A stretch of DNA of 60,229 nt from Candidatus Saccharimonadota bacterium (GTDB lineage Bacteria > Patescibacteriota > Saccharimonadia > Saccharimonadales > VXPC01): NCBI GenBank assembly GCA_026707815.1, contig JAPOWB010000008.1, forward strand, positions 1 to 60,229, read 5' to 3'. Shown piece by piece: positions 7,306-17,387 of the stretch (its first letter is position 1; the number at the start of each line of letters is the position of its first letter). The notes below the pieces were generated by a model. The model was not told where the DNA came from. It did no database searches and was given only the letters and a program-made list of their open reading frames with translations. The position numbers were made by a program, and so were the translations under genes.

Positions 7306-10300
7306 CTAATCATCATCAATGATAGTACCAGTAGCTTGGGTAGTAGCTAAAGTTGCCCCAACAACATCGGAGAGAATCACATTAAAGGTTTCGTTTCCTT
7401 CTCGTCTTTTATCGCCGACAATTAGAACAAGAACTGTCTTACGAGTTTCGCCGGGTTTGAATTTAACGGTCTGATGCCACGCTGTAAGTGAACCAAAATC
7501 GACTGAGGCATCTGCTGTATCATCTTGAGTAGTAGCTCTAACTGTAACTGTCTCTGAAGATGCTTCACTTAATGTTATTCGAAAGTATAAAAGACCTCCA
7601 AAATGTTTTTCATCACCTTCATAATCCCAAGCATCTTCAATGGTTAGAGTGGGTAGATTTGTATTAACTGGCGGTTCATCATCGTCGGCTACAGCTACAG
7701 AAGCTGTCGCTCGAGTTGTAGATAGACTGTAGCCAGTACCGGTTTTGAGAGTCACCGTTACCAAGCCATTAGTTTCATCATTGTTGTCACCGACTGTAGC
7801 CACGCTGTAAGTCTTACTGCCACTAGTTGGAATGACTACTGTCTTAGAACCAATCGCTACTCCGTAGTCTCCTGTTTGAGTCACCGCTAAATTAACTGTC
7901 AAAGGACTGCTAGGAGCTGGATTAGCAGTAATAGTAAAGGAAGCACTACTGCCTTCAGTGATGCCAGCCCCAGCGGTTACACTGATCTCTGGCTCAACAA
8001 CTGGCGGTTCATCATCGTCGGTGGTGCCAATTAATGGCACAACTTCAAGCTCCCAAAATTCTTCCTCTTCGACGGTATCATCATCAAATACCCAAACTAC
8101 TGTTGACTCGTTAACAGTGGATACAGTATAACCACTACCGGATTGGAGAGTTGCTGTTACAAAACCATCAGCCTCAGCTGTTGCATCATTGACTGTCGGT
8201 ACGATAACATAGGCATCCCTAACACCTGCTCTAATTGTGATCGTTTGAGAACCTATTTGATTTGAAGCAACATAATCTCCCTGCTGACTAACCATGACAC
8301 TGACAGGTAAAGCTACTGTCGGTACTGGATCAGCATAAATGACAAAGATAGCATTACCACCTTCAGTGATTACTGGAAATGGAGCAATACTAATTTCAGG
8401 TGTTGCCCCAGCAGATCCATCATTGTCCATGACTGCTGCTTTAGCCACGCTTCTCTCGCTAGAGACGGTATAGCCTTCACCTGCATTAATTGTCAAAACA
8501 ACAGCTCCAGAGGATTCGTCAATCCTGTCATTGTCAGTATAGACAAGCACATCAATGGATCCTGAGGTTGGAATAGTAACTACTTGATTACCTAGTGGAC
8601 TAAGATATTGAAAGACATAATCACCTAGCTGACTCAGTGAAAGATTAACATCCAATGGTTTTAGTGGAACCGGATCAGCACTGATGGTAAAGACGACTAC
8701 TCCAGCTTCACTAACCCACTGCTTGACATCAACACTAATATTGGGTGGCGTCCTATCATTATCAATGATACTCATACTCAAAGAATCAGCATAACCTATT
8801 TCATAAAGTGAATCAGCTGAACTGACAAGCGTTAGCGTGATATCGCCATCTATCTCATTCACATCATCATTAATAGTTGGAATGACTATCGTCAAGCGAC
8901 TTGGACGATTTAAAGTTGGTTGAAGCGTCACAGTCCGGCGACCTAATTCATTCTCTGGTAAAAAGTCACCTGTTTGACTGATGATAATATCAACTTCAGT
9001 TGCTATTTCAGGAGCTGGATTGGCTTCAATGATGAACTCAACATCGCCACCCTCAATACCTGAGCTAACAGCTCCTAGAACATTAACAAATGGTCTTATA
9101 GGTGGAGCACTGCTTCCCAATACTCCCGGACTTGGATTATCATCATCAACTACTGCTTGACTTGACCAAAGAGGAGCATCAGCCTCCATATGAGAACCGC
9201 CACTGGGCCAAACTGAATTGTCGGGATGGTGTACATAGAGATGTAGATTACAGGTTGGCTCATCGTAGCTGTCATCATCAGTCTCAACGATGCGCTGACC
9301 TTTACCATTGGTATGAATGACGACATGGCGACCAGTATCACTTTCAACACAGGAGCCACCCTTGTGCAAAGTAGTAGATACTACTACCGGGTGACTAGGC
9401 TGTGAATCGGCGCTAAATTCCCAAACGATTGTATTGCCTTCAATAGCCCCAATTTCCGGCTCAATTAGGAATATTGGCGACATACCATATAGCGAGTTCT
9501 GACTAGCTGGTGCTTGTCGACCTTGACTGAGTGGTCCATAAGTTCGACCTTCACGGTGAGCTCCAATTTCGACGTCACTGGCATGACCTAACCAGCGATT
9601 AGTCCGCTTCGTACAATTACTACTACTACCCGTCCATGGCCAGTTATTGTCATTACTGAAAGCTTCCCCATTCTGATTGCGATAATCACTGAGTGAATCA
9701 TTCTGCCACCAGTCTTGAGGATTGCCTGAGCTATCAGGATTCTGATGACAAAAGTCGGCATAGCTTCTAGCGACTAAAGCGCCATCACCAGTATCATCTA
9801 ACCAGTAAATCTGAATCCCTGTCTGACCATCACCAGCATCACTATTGGGTGTACCATCCGTATAAGCATTACTGCCCCACATCTTCAAGTGATCACGGAC
9901 ATCCAAAGTCTGAGTTGAACCGACCGCCTTAAAGCCTGAAGCATAAGGCTTAATAGCATCTAAGCTACCACCGGTTATTTCAGTTTGTACTCGAGTGTCA
10001 TAGGTAGCAATATCTGTTGAGGTAGCATCGCCTCGGGCAGTAGTACGGAATAATAAGCGGAACTTGTCACCAGGTTGCAAATTACTAGGAATGAGCGACC
10101 AATTATGTGGCACGCTGTAATAACCACCATCAGTCGCATCAGCCTTATTAAGCACTGGTTGAGTTGGCTGAGGACTACTACCTATCTCAAATGGCTGAGA
10201 AATGGCATAGAAGAAACGTTCTGTTGTGTTAGGTAACCGAGTTCCATTAAAGTGATTGAAAAACAATGGACCAGAGTTAGAACGTGTAAAAGACACTAAT

Positions 10301-13300
10301 GATAACATCGGTCGGCTTGTTCCTAGCTCATGACCTTCTCTGCCCGTTCCATCATTGTTACTACCTGTCCACGTTCCATTTCGATTCTCAACGTCTTGCT
10401 GATACTCAGTTATAGCATTACCATTCTCATCTCGAGCTTGGCTGATTTGGTTGGCATTCCAACTACCATCATAAAAATCTCTATTGTCATCTGCTACTTT
10501 AACACCGTCTAACCAATAAACGGGAACTCCTTTGGAGCTTTGCATCCAAGTGTTGACCCGAGCATCAACTGATTCTGTGGAACCAACAACCCGGAAACCA
10601 CCAGCATAACGTGCTAATGCATCATGCCCATCAGCTGCTAAACCTTGAACAAACTGATTATAATCATTAATATCTGTTGAAGAAGCACGCCCTCTTTCTG
10701 ATGTATAGAATAATAGTCTAAATCTTGTCCCTTCACCACTTAATCCCGAGGGAATTAGTGGCCAATCTGAAGGCACAACCTGAGGTACCGGCTCGAGTGT
10801 TACTGTTGGCACTACTACTGAGCTTTTGGAGAGATTTTCCAGTTGGTGCATACCTAGTCGGGCACCAGTACAATCACTAGGTGGAGTCTGATCAGCTAAA
10901 GTCAAGCTGGAATAAATTGCTTCAATACAAGGCTGAGTTCCCCACAACCAATCATGCCTTAATGTGGTTGGCACTTTCAAGATGACATGACTGATTAGAC
11001 TAACATCTGTCACGCCTGTATCTAGACCTGAGAAATATTCACCATGTTCGGTAAAGTATTCATAGCTACCTTGATTAATTGTAGATAATCCTGTCCCATC
11101 CTTAAAGAAGACATTAACATGAACATCCGGTTCGACTGGTTTAGAAAATGATACCCAAATATTACCTTTAGCTGAGCCTTTAGCAGTATAATGCCCCCGA
11201 GCTAAATATACCGAAGCTCTATCTTCATCTCTTACTAAGATGTCAAGTTCTGTTTTCTTGTCCTGCCCTAATTGATTAGCAATGCCTGCTTCTATACCCT
11301 TGGCAGCACCACTCTTTCTTAAAGTAGCAGTGATATACATATTGTCCTCTACCACATTATCATCGTAAGTATCAAATGCCGGGAAGAAGCCTTTAGTGGG
11401 ATCTTGATGTTTGCTAGTTTTACCTCGAGTTGCCTTACCTGTGCTACCTGTTTGGAAATACCAAGTCTCCTTACTGTAAGGACGCATATCACACTTCCAT
11501 TGACTCGGAGTATCATCAACTTCAGGGTAACAGGATTTAAATAATACATCGGAGGCAGTTTCGCCTGCGGGTGTGAAATCAATATTTAATCGAAAGTTAC
11601 TGACAGCCGTAGCGGGATTAGTGCTAGGATCTTCACCAACTTGGGCATCAGTTAGCTCAACCGGTAACTTGAAGCGACCTCCTTCTGGAATACTAGTAAT
11701 CCGACCTGATCCGGTATCAGCAAAGTACGCTCGGACTGCACTGGTCGGAGCAGTATCATTATCTGTAATTGTGACTGTATGTTCAGTTTTTGATCCTAAG
11801 GTCATAGGACCATCACCATCAGGGTCTAGCAAGGTGATAGTAAAGGTTTCATCACCTTCCGGTTCATCATCATCCTTAAGAGTCAAGCCAATATTAGCCG
11901 AAGTAGCTCCTGAAGCTACTTTTGTTTTGCCCACCCAATGACCTTGACCAGAAATATAATAGTCGTAATTGCCTACCGCACCATCAACACGTGTATGGTC
12001 ACTCAGTTCATATTCTAACGTAAAAGCACTGCCAGCCCCCGCACCTCCGAAGCTGACGGCGATACTTTGATTGCCAGCATCTTCAGCAAAACTACTAGTT
12101 GTTTGAGTAAATTGAATCTCAAACTGTTCGACTATCGTAACATTAGTTGCAAAAGGAGAACCTAAATCAACCCCCGAAGGTAACATGTTCCTAGCAATAC
12201 TAACGCCAAACTGTTCATTACCTTCTTTCATATTATCAGCGATTGTAGGGATACTGATTATTCCCTTAGTCTGTCCAGCTGGAATAGTGACACTAAAACT
12301 ACCCTCTTGAAAATCTACGTTACCAATAGCTGTACTCCCCGTCGCTAGTACACTAATTACAGTATCTTGACTGCGGGGTTGAGACAAAACCAATGTCAGT
12401 TGGGCTTGACCACCTTCCACTACTTCGTAGCTGGATTCCTCGAAACTAACATTATAATCATCATTAACTATAGTTAAGGTTTGACTTGATGGTGAACCTA
12501 GCGTAATAGGGCTATTTCCATCTCGACCAAGAGTTAGAATAACTGTCTCATCAGATTCAGACACTGTATCGCCATAAATTCGAAGAGTAAGGCTTTCATT
12601 TTTAAGGCTACCCGCTGGGATACTAAATGTAGCATCTTGTCCAGCTGACACAAGCGTTCCATTAGAATATAGAGCATAATCTGCTGTAGCACCGTAAGTG
12701 GCAGTACCAGCTAAACTAAGTGAGAATTCTCTATTAGAACTACTTGGAACAGATAATTTTGGGATAACCTTAATTTCTGTATGACCTGAATCTCCTTCAA
12801 CAACTCTGGTTGATTCTAACTGTAATGAAATTGAAATGTCACTCTCAGCGATCTGAAGAGTATGAAAATTGTTAGCTCGCACACCAACAGGTAAATCACC
12901 CAACATTATATATACCTTCTCTAAGGGTTCGCTAATATCATCGTCAATAAAGGGTACACCAACTGTAGGAGAGGAAACAGAGTTAGCTTGAATATTAACA
13001 CTATAGGCATTTGGAACAGGTCGATAGCCGATATGACCATGATTTGCTGTAACTTGATTTGCATTCGTTAAGCTACCCACGTCGCCGGTACCATGCACTA
13101 CGTGGAATTTTACCTCGGTGGGCGTACTAAGACCAGAAGGTAACGTAAATCGCACATTAGCAGGTTGACCCTCCGCTGTAATCTGACTTGTACCTTTAGC
13201 TTGTATTAAATGACCAGTATTGGCACTATCATTAATCATTAGACGTAATGAATTACTTTCACCGGTGTGGCCTGTGATGAACCCCCCCCCCCCAGTACCA

Positions 13301-14898
13301 CCAACTGAAACTAGACCAAGGGGAATACTAATAGCACCATTCTTGGTGCCATCCACACTACCAGCTTTGGAAGTAACCTGAATGGTCACCTCTTGACCTG
13401 CCTGACTCACACCGGGGCGACTGAAAGTTAATATTTGATTAACAAAAGTCACACCTGATACAGGTGAAGCTACGGCTAAATCCCACTTGTCACTTTCAGT
13501 CAAATGAACAACAACAGTCTCTCCTCTATCTAATAGACGACTCAGCTTTACCTTGACTTCTGCAATATCTGTACTACTGCCCTCTGTCATGACCGCATCC
13601 ACAGGCTCCAATGAAACAAATACAGGCTCATTTGAACCAACCACCAATACCCCTGACATACCAAACATAGGTCGAGTTTGACTAGAATCATAATTCTTAA
13701 CCGACCCACCTTCAGTTAAAGGACCACCGATACCAGCAACCCTGACTTGGTTTCGCACAATTTGATATGGACCCCTTGTTTTTCGGCAACTATTATTTGA
13801 GCCACTCCAAGCGTTGCGATTAGGGGCAGTCGTACCTTGTTCGTTACGTGTCGCTGCATGACCGCTAGTATCCCAAGAACCAGTACAGAATTCAAAGTAA
13901 TTATCTGCCACCTGGTTACCATTAACCCAATGAATGGAAATACCGTCAGAACTAGAATTGGTCGAACCATCTGTGTAGACATTATTAGAATACATCCCCA
14001 GATGATCTCGAGCATCCTGACCCTGAGAACTTCCCACTACCTTCCAATCTGCCCTAGGTATTTGACTGAGGGCAACATGCGCATCAGAGCGGGCTACCTG
14101 ATTCTGAATCCAAGTATCATAAGTACTTAAGTCAGAACCTCCACCTTGGAGAGCTCTCTGTTGTGAACTTGTGAATAATAGCCGAAACTTATCTCCGGAC
14201 TCTAATCCACTAGGTAATAAATCCCAATTAGAAGGTACAGTATAGCTCCCATCAGTATTCTTTGGGAAAAAATCATCATTTTTAATAGTAAGAGTTTTGC
14301 TTTCACTTCCCGAGGCAATAGTTAGCTCGTTAGTAGGATTAACTAGGCTTACAATTACCGTCTCATCTGCCTCATTTAACTGATCACCAATAATCCTTAT
14401 CTTGTACTCATTCCGACCAGTACTGGGTACACCAACATGTGTACGTAATATGCCACCAAATGCACAACCTTGGGGGTTGTCATTCGTTGGTTTGAAAGAT
14501 ACTATTTGAGAATTATCCTTTTTATGAACGAACAAATAATCTGAACCTTCTCTGGCTCGCACAGTATTTCGCTCTAACACTGGTAAATCTACTCCATACA
14601 AACCACCAGATATGGCTGTACCACCTAGACAAATTTCAACTCTAGTTTGATTAACAGCTAAATCAGCATAATCTAGAGTTACTGTTACATCAGTGAATCC
14701 AGAATTACCTTCATTGCTACTTGAACTCAGAGTCATCGTAACAGTTGGGGTGGCTTGAGCTGAAACACTTATTAAGCCGAGAGCTAACAGCAAACCACAA
14801 AACACAATGAGAAACACCGAGAGAGACGATGGAGTCAAAAATTTGTGACGAGAGATTACAGTAGAGTACACTATCCCAACTTTACTATATGTAACCAT
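7306..14898 (-). CDS. Giant (2530 aa) secreted or cell-surface adhesin-like protein with Calx-beta-like domains and three lectin-like modules
   Basis: A single uninterrupted ORF with an N-terminal hydrophobic signal/anchor (LSVFLIVFCGLLLALGLISVSAQA). It contains many domains of about 100 aa with Calx-beta hallmarks (EG..v.v.L...., DY, E..E.F.v.L, ending DDD/NDD). Modules of about 200 aa (VPSNWxLIPSGL..GDKFRLLF...WTGSNN) occur three times. Confidence 0.9.
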   Translation of the reverse strand: MVTYSKVGIVYSTVISRHKFLTPSSLSVFLIVFCGLLLALGLISVSAQATPTVTMTLSSSSNEGNSGFTDVTVTLDYADLAVNQTRVEICLGGTAISGGLYGVDLPVLERNTVRAREGSDYLFVHKKDNSQIVSFKPTNDNPQGCAFGGILRTHVGVPSTGRNEYKIRIIGDQLNEADETVIVSLVNPTNELTIASGSESKTLTIKNDDFFPKNTDGSYTVPSNWDLLPSGLESGDKFRLLFTSSQQRALQGGGSDLSTYDTWIQNQVARSDAHVALSQIPRADWKVVGSSQGQDARDHLGMYSNNVYTDGSTNSSSDGISIHWVNGNQVADNYFEFCTGSWDTSGHAATRNEQGTTAPNRNAWSGSNNSCRKTRGPYQIVRNQVRVAGIGGPLTEGGSVKNYDSSQTRPMFGMSGVLVVGSNEPVFVSLEPVDAVMTEGSSTDIAEVKVKLSRLLDRGETVVVHLTESDKWDLAVASPVSGVTFVNQILTFSRPGVSQAGQEVTIQVTSKAGSVDGTKNGAISIPLGLVSVGGTGGGGFITGHTGESNSLRLMINDSANTGHLIQAKGTSQITAEGQPANVRFTLPSGLSTPTEVKFHVVHGTGDVGSLTNANQVTANHGHIGYRPVPNAYSVNIQANSVSSPTVGVPFIDDDISEPLEKVYIMLGDLPVGVRANNFHTLQIAESDISISLQLESTRVVEGDSGHTEIKVIPKLSVPSSSNREFSLSLAGTATYGATADYALYSNGTLVSAGQDATFSIPAGSLKNESLTLRIYGDTVSESDETVILTLGRDGNSPITLGSPSSQTLTIVNDDYNVSFEESSYEVVEGGQAQLTLVLSQPRSQDTVISVLATGSTAIGNVDFQEGSFSVTIPAGQTKGIISIPTIADNMKEGNEQFGVSIARNMLPSGVDLGSPFATNVTIVEQFEIQFTQTTSSFAEDAGNQSIAVSFGGAGAGSAFTLEYELSDHTRVDGAVGNYDYYISGQGHWVGKTKVASGATSANIGLTLKDDDEPEGDETFTITLLDPDGDGPMTLGSKTEHTVTITDNDTAPTSAVRAYFADTGSGRITSIPEGGRFKLPVELTDAQVGEDPSTNPATAVSNFRLNIDFTPAGETASDVLFKSCYPEVDDTPSQWKCDMRPYSKETWYFQTGSTGKATRGKTSKHQDPTKGFFPAFDTYDDNVVEDNMYITATLRKSGAAKGIEAGIANQLGQDKKTELDILVRDEDRASVYLARGHYTAKGSAKGNIWVSFSKPVEPDVHVNVFFKDGTGLSTINQGSYEYFTEHGEYFSGLDTGVTDVSLISHVILKVPTTLRHDWLWGTQPCIEAIYSSLTLADQTPPSDCTGARLGMHQLENLSKSSVVVPTVTLEPVPQVVPSDWPLIPSGLSGEGTRFRLLFYTSERGRASSTDINDYNQFVQGLAADGHDALARYAGGFRVVGSTESVDARVNTWMQSSKGVPVYWLDGVKVADDNRDFYDGSWNANQISQARDENGNAITEYQQDVENRNGTWTGSNNDGTGREGHELGTSRPMLSLVSFTRSNSGPLFFNHFNGTRLPNTTERFFYAISQPFEIGSSPQPTQPVLNKADATDGGYYSVPHNWSLIPSNLQPGDKFRLLFRTTARGDATSTDIATYDTRVQTEITGGSLDAIKPYASGFKAVGSTQTLDVRDHLKMWGSNAYTDGTPNSDAGDGQTGIQIYWLDDTGDGALVARSYADFCHQNPDSSGNPQDWWQNDSLSDYRNQNGEAFSNDNNWPWTGSSSNCTKRTNRWLGHASDVEIGAHREGRTYGPLSQGRQAPASQNSLYGMSPIFLIEPEIGAIEGNTIVWEFSADSQPSHPVVVSTTLHKGGSCVESDTGRHVVIHTNGKGQRIVETDDDSYDEPTCNLHLYVHHPDNSVWPSGGSHMEADAPLWSSQAVVDDDNPSPGVLGSSAPPIRPFVNVLGAVSSGIEGGDVEFIIEANPAPEIATEVDIIISQTGDFLPENELGRRTVTLQPTLNRPSRLTIVIPTINDDVNEIDGDITLTLVSSADSLYEIGYADSLSMSIIDNDRTPPNISVDVKQWVSEAGVVVFTISADPVPLKPLDVNLSLSQLGDYVFQYLSPLGNQVVTIPTSGSIDVLVYTDNDRIDESSGAVVLTINAGEGYTVSSERSVAKAAVMDNDGSAGATPEISIAPFPVITEGGNAIFVIYADPVPTVALPVSVMVSQQGDYVASNQIGSQTITIRAGVRDAYVIVPTVNDATAEADGFVTATLQSGSGYTVSTVNESTVVWVFDDDTVEEEEFWELEVVPLIGTTDDDEPPVVEPEISVTAGAGITEGSSASFTITANPAPSSPLTVNLAVTQTGDYGVAIGSKTVVIPTSGSKTYSVATVGDNNDETNGLVTVTLKTGTGYSLSTTRATASVAVADDDEPPVNTNLPTLTIEDAWDYEGDEKHFGGLLYFRITLSEASSETVTVRATTQDDTADASVDFGSLTAWHQTVKFKPGETRKTVLVLIVGDKRREGNETFNVILSDVVGATLATTQATGTIIDDD
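13282..13293 (-). repeat. Homopolymeric tract (C12 on plus strand, G12 on coding strand) inside the giant gene
   Basis: Reads gatgaaCCCCCCCCCCCCagtacc, encoding TGGGGF (VGGTGGGGFITGH). It is currently in frame. Confidence 0.95.
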
Positions 14899-15004
14899 AA
14901 TTATATCACAAGCATATCCATTTTACCTAAATCAAAAGCGATTTGAGCTTGTCAAAACTTCTATTTATTAAAAACTCTTAAAAAAGTAATTTCAATCAAT
15001 TACC

Positions 15005-15027
15005 CAGTTTTCTAAAATAGAAAACTG
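15005..15027. promoter_or_regulatory. Perfect 10-3-10 palindrome in the AT-rich region upstream of the giant gene
   Basis: cagttttcta-aaa-tagaaaactg lies about 110-130 nt upstream of the giant-gene start and downstream of the CPBP gene stop. It could be an operator or a terminator. Confidence 0.3.
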
Positions 15028-15411
15028 AATAAATAATTGTTGCAATCTCAAATTTTATATCCATAAAAAATCAAATTTCTAATTTAGATTTTTAAGAAAT
15101 AAACAGATACACATACTTAATTAAAAGCCACTGTGTATAAAATTATTTTGAACTCTAAAAAATCTATAAAAAAATTATTCAATAATAAATAATCTATCAA
15201 ACAATAACATCTCTACATTTTTAAGAAGCTATTATTTTCACAATACAGAATATGATATAAGCAACTAATCATGAGGGGTCTTGCTAACAATTATTCGTCC
15301 ATAGATTAATTGGACAAAGATGCTAAAGTTCCCAATTACTTTTATAGTTCATCCTTGTTAGATTTTGATAAAGAAATCGAATATAAAATCAAAGATTAGC
15401 TCCTAGTGATC

Positions 15412-16140
15412 TTATTGAAGCAAAATTAAGCTCAAGCCTGCTAGAAAATTATTAAATCCATGGACGATAATGGGGTAAACTAAATTCCGAGAATATTCCA
15501 TTAACCAAGCTAAACAACAACCTAGGAGAAAAATTTCGATTACAACAATTAAATTTAATTGCCAAGACCACAGTAAACTAATGTGAAAAACAGCAAAAAT
15601 AAAAGCACTGATTAGAGTAGCTAACCAAAAATTCCAATATTTTCTCAAGCTAGACCATAAAAGACCTCTGAAAATAATTTCCTCTAAGATGGGGGCAATT
15701 AATAAAATGCCAATTATCAATTGAATATTGCCAAATGGACTAGTGAAATGACTTGAATCATTTAAGAAATGATTCTGATATTCATTGTTGATTTGATCTA
15801 AATCAACAAACCAAACATAAACAAACTGAGCCAATAATAACGTTGCTATATAAAAGCCAATATAAAGACCTATAGATATTAAAACTGACTTTGATTGAGT
15901 ATTTTCAAATTCAAGCTTAAGATGCATATTACGAAAGAAAGAACTTTTATAAAGTAAAGCTACCAAGCTTAAAGTTACTAAAGCCCCCATTAATTCAGCA
16001 AAAGTAATTAAACCAAATCCAGGTATTAGATGAAGTTCAATCAGAGTAATAAGCTTAACGCTTAAAACATGAATTAAAATCAAGCCAATAACTAAATTGA
16101 GAATGATTAGACTGTTTAAAAATTTATTGCTAATTGGCAT
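15412..16140 (-). CDS. CPBP-family (CAAX/Abi) intramembrane glutamic protease
   Basis: Multi-pass membrane protein with the motifs EEIIFRGLLWS, FAVFH and HGFNN. Confidence 0.85.
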   Translation of the reverse strand: MPISNKFLNSLIILNLVIGLILIHVLSVKLITLIELHLIPGFGLITFAELMGALVTLSLVALLYKSSFFRNMHLKLEFENTQSKSVLISIGLYIGFYIATLLLAQFVYVWFVDLDQINNEYQNHFLNDSSHFTSPFGNIQLIIGILLIAPILEEIIFRGLLWSSLRKYWNFWLATLISAFIFAVFHISLLWSWQLNLIVVIEIFLLGCCLAWLMEYSRNLVYPIIVHGFNNFLAGLSLILLQ

Positions 16141-16226
16141 AGCTTTTTTATCTTCCGCCCTATTATCTTTCTCTAAAGATTAGTTTCTCTTTAATTATAA
16201 GCTTGATCTGGAAAAACAAAGAGTAC

Positions 16227-17378
16227 TTAAAACCAGATTCGTTGAATATCTAAAATAGTAATCCCGACCATTAAGGTTAAAAGTAAAATCATGCTGATGC
16301 CAATAATTTTAGTTTCTAGACGTTTAGTTAAAGGTTTTTTGAGGACTTTTCTAAACAACAAAGTTAACATCAACCGCCCGCCATCTAGAGCTGGTATAGG
16401 CAAAGCATTCATAATAGCTAAAGTCAGAGATAGTAAGGCAATAATCATCAGAATGAATCTAAAACCATTGCTTGCTCCAGCCTGTAATATATAGACGATA
16501 CTGACTGGACCACCAACTGAATCTTCAACAACATCTGTTTCTCCTGAAGATAATGAAGTAACAATCAGCCATAAATGTTCAAGGGTTGCCTTAGTATATT
16601 GACCAGTCAAAACTATGCCTGTTAATGGTGCCGACCAAGTATTCCTTTGTAAAATATATTCGTCTGTGGCTACACCTAAAACACCTAGATTATCCTCATC
16701 AGCCATAGCTGTACTTCTGAGAGGCACTTCGACAGATTTGACGATATCATCTTCAGTCCGAACTTCTAAAGAAACAGTTTGACCAGCTAATTGCCTAAGT
16801 TGAGCATAAAATTGATCGCTATCATCAATGATGAATGTTTGCCCTTGGGAATCAGTCATAGATATCAATTCATCACCAATCTTAATACCCATTAAATCAG
16901 CTTGAGAATTCTCAGCAATAAAGTAAACCAAGGTTTTATTCTCAATGATGTGAGTATCTGAGCTTAAGCTAAATTGCTCATCATCAATATATGGTTGAGC
17001 TGGCAGTAATTTAGGAATACCAATAAAAGCTAAGATAGTAAAAAGCAAGGTGGCAATTAATAAATTAACAATAATGCCAGCTAAAATAACCTTAGTTTTA
17101 ACCCATAAATTTTGTCGACCATAACCATTAGCGACAGTTGATTCATCATTTTCTCCCTTTAACTTAACAAAACCTCCAATTGGCAAAAGATTAAGACTGT
17201 AATAAGAACGAAAAATACCCTTCCCCAAGGTTTTACCAAATAATCTAGGTGGAAATCCCAAACCAAATTCCTCAACCTCAATGCCATTTCTTTTAGCAAC
17301 TAGAAAATGCCCGTATTCATGCAGAATAATAAGCAATTGAAATAAAATAATTGCAATGACAATAATGAGAATTTCCAT
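16227..17378 (-). CDS. rseP: Site-2 (M50) zinc metalloprotease RseP/RasP-like
   Basis: Has HEYGHFLVAKRNG (HExxH) in the first TM helix, a central PDZ-like region, and the C-terminal NALPIPALDGG motif. Confidence 0.9.
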   Translation of the reverse strand: MEILIIVIAIILFQLLIILHEYGHFLVAKRNGIEVEEFGLGFPPRLFGKTLGKGIFRSYYSLNLLPIGGFVKLKGENDESTVANGYGRQNLWVKTKVILAGIIVNLLIATLLFTILAFIGIPKLLPAQPYIDDEQFSLSSDTHIIENKTLVYFIAENSQADLMGIKIGDELISMTDSQGQTFIIDDSDQFYAQLRQLAGQTVSLEVRTEDDIVKSVEVPLRSTAMADEDNLGVLGVATDEYILQRNTWSAPLTGIVLTGQYTKATLEHLWLIVTSLSSGETDVVEDSVGGPVSIVYILQAGASNGFRFILMIIALLSLTLAIMNALPIPALDGGRLMLTLLFRKVLKKPLTKRLETKIIGISMILLLTLMVGITILDIQRIWF

Positions 17379-17387
17379 AAAGCTTAT

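Noticed and set aside
9102-14130. Seven short ORFs from the six-frame track inside or antisense to the giant gene (9102-9320, 9150-9359, 10330-10512, 11349-11582, 11573-11941, 13716-14015, 13837-14130).
   Set aside because: All are fully nested in a 7.6-kb ORF with clear domain structure. Their translations are low-complexity or compositionally odd, and they have no motifs or independent start signals.
9465-14262. A diversity-generating retroelement targeting the lectin-like modules of the giant protein.
   Set aside because: There is no reverse transcriptase, no template-repeat/variable-repeat pair with adenine-specific differences, and no accessory gene in the window. The three modules are broadly diverged rather than differing only at A positions.
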